Below, piece by piece: positions 60,801 to 64,000 of a stretch of 64,000 bases of DNA (positions within the stretch are counted from its first letter, which is position 1; every line of letters starts with the position of its first letter). A model generated the notes under the pieces. The model saw nothing but the letters and a program-made list of their open reading frames with translations, ran no database searches and was not told the origin of the DNA. A program made the position numbers and the translations under genes. Source of the DNA: Haliotis rubra (lineage: Eukaryota); contig NW_025767134.1 of the NCBI RefSeq assembly GCF_003918875.1, positions 806,001-870,000 of the forward strand, read 5' to 3'.

Positions 60801-61518
60801 AGTTCACTCCACAGTTATCTCCCTTCTTGCCGGCCACACATCCCTCTGTACACACAACACGGGTGTTGTTCATCTGACAGCGAGAGTTGAGACAGGTGTC
60901 TGGACAGTCATGTTGACACTGTTTACCATAGAACCTGGAGTCCAGACACTGGAGACACTCTCCAGATGACGTCACATTGACACAGCGAGGTAGACACACA
61001 CCGTCAACACAGGTCACGTTGTTACGGTCACAGTTGGAACAAGGTGTGCTTGTAGAGGAAACTGTAAACAGTGAGGTGGTTTGCAATATAAATTCTGATA
61101 TTATTGAAAGACATTAAGTCGGACTTAATTTATTTTCCTATTACGATTGAAAGCATTCTGATCAAAACAAGTAACCATTTGTAAAGTGTATTGTTCGGCC
61201 ATTAGCAGGTTCTGTAGTATCTGTTGACAGTCTTGAAATCTGGAATCATATCTCCTGGGTCATCACACTGGTATGTATTCTAATATGCCAAATACATACT
61301 GTGTTTCCGCCAGGAAAACACTCAGTCGTGAAAAACTATCAGTTCAACGACATGTTCATTGGTATGAGAAAAGCATGACACTGTTAACACGAATATACAG
61401 TGAAGATTGTGACGGGGAATGGACTACGACAGTGCATCACGGAACGCATGAATGAAAGACATGTATACAAACCTTGCGATGCAGCCCACAGTAGGATAAG
61501 CCTCAAGACATTAACCAT
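57882..61518 (-). CDS. Multi-EGF single-pass receptor gene E; exons 61518-61473, 61061-59987, 58950-58866, 58419-57882; one frame break at ~60640-60665
   Basis: Signal MVNVLRLILLWAASQ, long Cys-rich exon, TM ILVISIGSVAGVLCCVILLLIF, tail with HRYWEI and TDSIIFIEENCDLSNVNVRYL. The break lies in jumbled 93-bp repeats. Confidence 0.82.
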
Positions 61519-62068
61519 TGTTAGAGCTTGAAGAGTTCTGAAACATAGATTGTTAGCAATGTAGGATATTGTGATTTAACACTGCTTTCAACAACTTTTA
61601 ATACCATCACGGTTCTCAAGTGGCAGTGAAGCGATATTTGGCCATGAACCCCCTAACACTACACTGATATTTTTACACAGCTGGTCTACAATTACATTAT
61701 GTGATAGATGCATTATTATAAGAGTCGCTTAGTACATTTGGAGTAATTTTCTCAAGCCAATACGAGGAAAACATTTCATATCGAAGTTTGATTTCACATC
61801 TCCGCCAAACATTGGCATTGTAATTATTACTGTAATTATCAGGGTCGTTTATCAAATAAAGCAAATCAATTGTAACATTTATCTACATACATGGTTGATG
61901 CGAACTACAGTTATGAAAATTGAAGTAAGATTGTTGGTCAAAAACGTTGAAAAGTTTGTATTGAAAAAGCATCGTAACACCCAACTTACTACTACTCCAC
62001 TCGCTCATGCTTGTTTGACTATGTGTATTTGTTTGCTTGTTGAGTTCAGTAATTGATTTTGTCGGGAT

Positions 62069-62218
62069 CAGATAATCCAAGAATGTACATGATCTACGCA
62101 ATTGGGATACGATAACATGCATAAGCCACGTCAGCGAGCCTGACCACCCGATCCCGTTAGTCGCCTCTTACGACAAGCATGGGTTACTGAAGACCAGTTC
62201 TACGTCAGATCTTCACGT
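62069..62218 (-). mobile_element. 5' part of the non-tRNA short retroelement
   Basis: Reverse complement CGTGAAGATC...CTTCAGTAACCCATGCTTGTCGTAAGAGGCGACTAACGGGATCGGGTGGTCAGGCTCGCTGAC. Confidence 0.82.
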
Positions 62219-64000
62219 AGGTATTTCAGGTAAAATAGTTCTCCCGAAATTGTTTTGAGCATATGCCGGTGGTACCTTAGTTACATGATCAGATCAGTGT
62301 TCCAGTGATATGCAGTTAATACGATATAAAATATTCACCTTTATGTCAGGCTCCAGTCCAGCTGTCTCAGCTTGACGGCTAGCTAATCACGATATGTAGG
62401 AAGGCCAGGAGGCCCAGTGATTCAGTAACCGTTTCCTTTACGGAAGCTTATGAAAACATGGTCCAATTGGTCACCTGATCACAAACTTAAAATATTTCCT
62501 TGTGTTATAAAGTTCAGTTCTAAAATATATTTAGAACCTAAAAGAATGTCCCACAATACTATCACCTTGTAATAATAACAAAAATTCAATGTATGTGGTG
62601 ATGATGAATTAACAGTTTATGTGTTCGGAATATGGAAGGTTGCGGTCGCCCGTCCCTCTGTCTGCCTCTGACAGTAAAACTGAGCTTTGATGTAGATTTG
62701 TATCGTTATCTTTCTGAGATTGGAAAATCAACTGCAAGTATTAAACTTGAACTATAGACACTGCAATGTGTTGTCGGATATTTAATAAGGCTAAATACAT
62801 ACTGCACATATTTTCACGTACACCGAAATGATTACTGTCCCCATTGCAGCTGTATAGAAACTGTGAGTAAGCAAACTACTTTCTGAACTGAATTAAAGTC
62901 GATTTTACTCCACGACGTCAAAGACAGGTTTTCCGCACGACCTACGATAAAGATCATAACTCGTCTCGGCTTAGATCTAATCCTTGTAAATCAGCTCTTT
63001 GGGGCTGCATTCACTGTGGAATAAGGAGAGTTATTTTCGTACTATTTCGTTAACTAGAAATCTGACTGTTTTATCATCGCCAGTCATAAAAATGATGAAA
63101 TAGTACTAAATAACGTAAGAAAAGAAGTAAAATCGAAATGGACTTCTCATTCTAACATCGGAGTTAGATCTCTATATTTTTGTGCAAGTATAAGACCTAA
63201 CGTTCGTACTGAAACTGAAAAATAAGAGGATTTTTCTGAAAACGTTTTCTCAAAACTACCTAGGTCACAGCTCACATAGGTAAGTCTCCTGGAGTGGTAA
63301 TATATGTCTTGTCTGTAACAACTTCCACAACTCTGACCGATACAAATACCACAACACTTTAGGACTATATTGGATGGATGCTGTTTGGCAATGTTTATGA
63401 TAGGACCTAAACGTATATATGTAAAACATAAAATGACTGGGCGAAAACCATTCTTTTCACTCGATTTTAATTCTGTAATGCATTGTCTGAAGACAGGTAT
63501 TTCCTGTCAAATGGAGTGACGTTTGTGCCTGAAATACAGTTTTCTGATATGAAAATATATAATTAAAATGTAATGCAAAAGGAGCCAAGAGCGATTATTA
63601 AAAACTGAGGCAATCTAGACTTGCCGAATCATTTTAATTTGATTTGGCCACAGCAAAATATACACCAGTGTAAAGGTTCGTAAAAAGCAAATCCTAGCCG
63701 ACTGACAACGCATATATACTCTAAAAAAATAAGAAACTTGACAGAGGAACAAATTGACTTTTAGCAAAATATTTGACACAAACCAAGCCATCTTGAATCC
63801 CAAAAAGAAACGTTGCAAAAAACGTAACGTTACACTCACGTTTGTAGTGAAACGCTAAAACGCACCCTACTTGAAATGACCGTGCATCATGAAATTGTGT
63901 ATCACCCCGAGCTGAAGCCTATGACTGAAGGCGTTAAAAAGCCACAACAACGGTACTCCACATACACGCAGGGGCATCGCAGCATGAGGTGGCAAGGCAC

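Noticed and set aside
60340-60969. Plus-strand ORFs over EGF exons (also 12539-13247, 29604-29871, 34024-34281, 50209-50865)
   Set aside because: Antisense shadows of the Cys-rich minus-strand exons.
62900-64000. Possible DNA-transposon sequence at the window end (also 22410-22850, 31460-32300)
   Set aside because: No paired TIRs, TSDs or coding motifs identifiable by eye.

Overview
Eukaryotic, invertebrate, AT-rich draft-assembly DNA with four N gaps. The SINE/LINE types suggest a mollusc, probably a gastropod such as abalone (inference). The backbone is a minus-strand tandem array of at least five spliced genes (A 11077-13336+, B 28264-30332, C 32776-35400, D 48308-52453, E 57882-61518). 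Each encodes a single-pass, multi-EGF (MEGF10/SREC/CED-1-like) receptor with the layout signal-peptide exon / one large Cys-rich exon / TM exon / cytoplasmic exon; A's signal exon was not found. Several decayed paralog relics lie between them. The N-terminal EGF block is homogenised between paralogs (about 99% nt identity A vs E), while stalk, TM, tail and introns are highly divergent and keep only short Tyr-based and C-terminal motifs. This pattern suggests a paired/diversified receptor family evolving by gene conversion and birth-and-death. Interspersed elements: a deleted Tc1, a full-length I-group (Nimb/Ingi-like) LINE with TSD and an HDV-like ribozyme fold at its 5' end, a Harbinger with an intact Myb/SANT gene and a truncated transposase, several SINE families (tRNA-, V-domain-, 5S-derived, and a non-tRNA family sharing both ends with the LINE), MITEs, minisatellites, a processed NDPK fragment, and a 39-45.7 kb duplication that may be a haplotype/assembly artefact.
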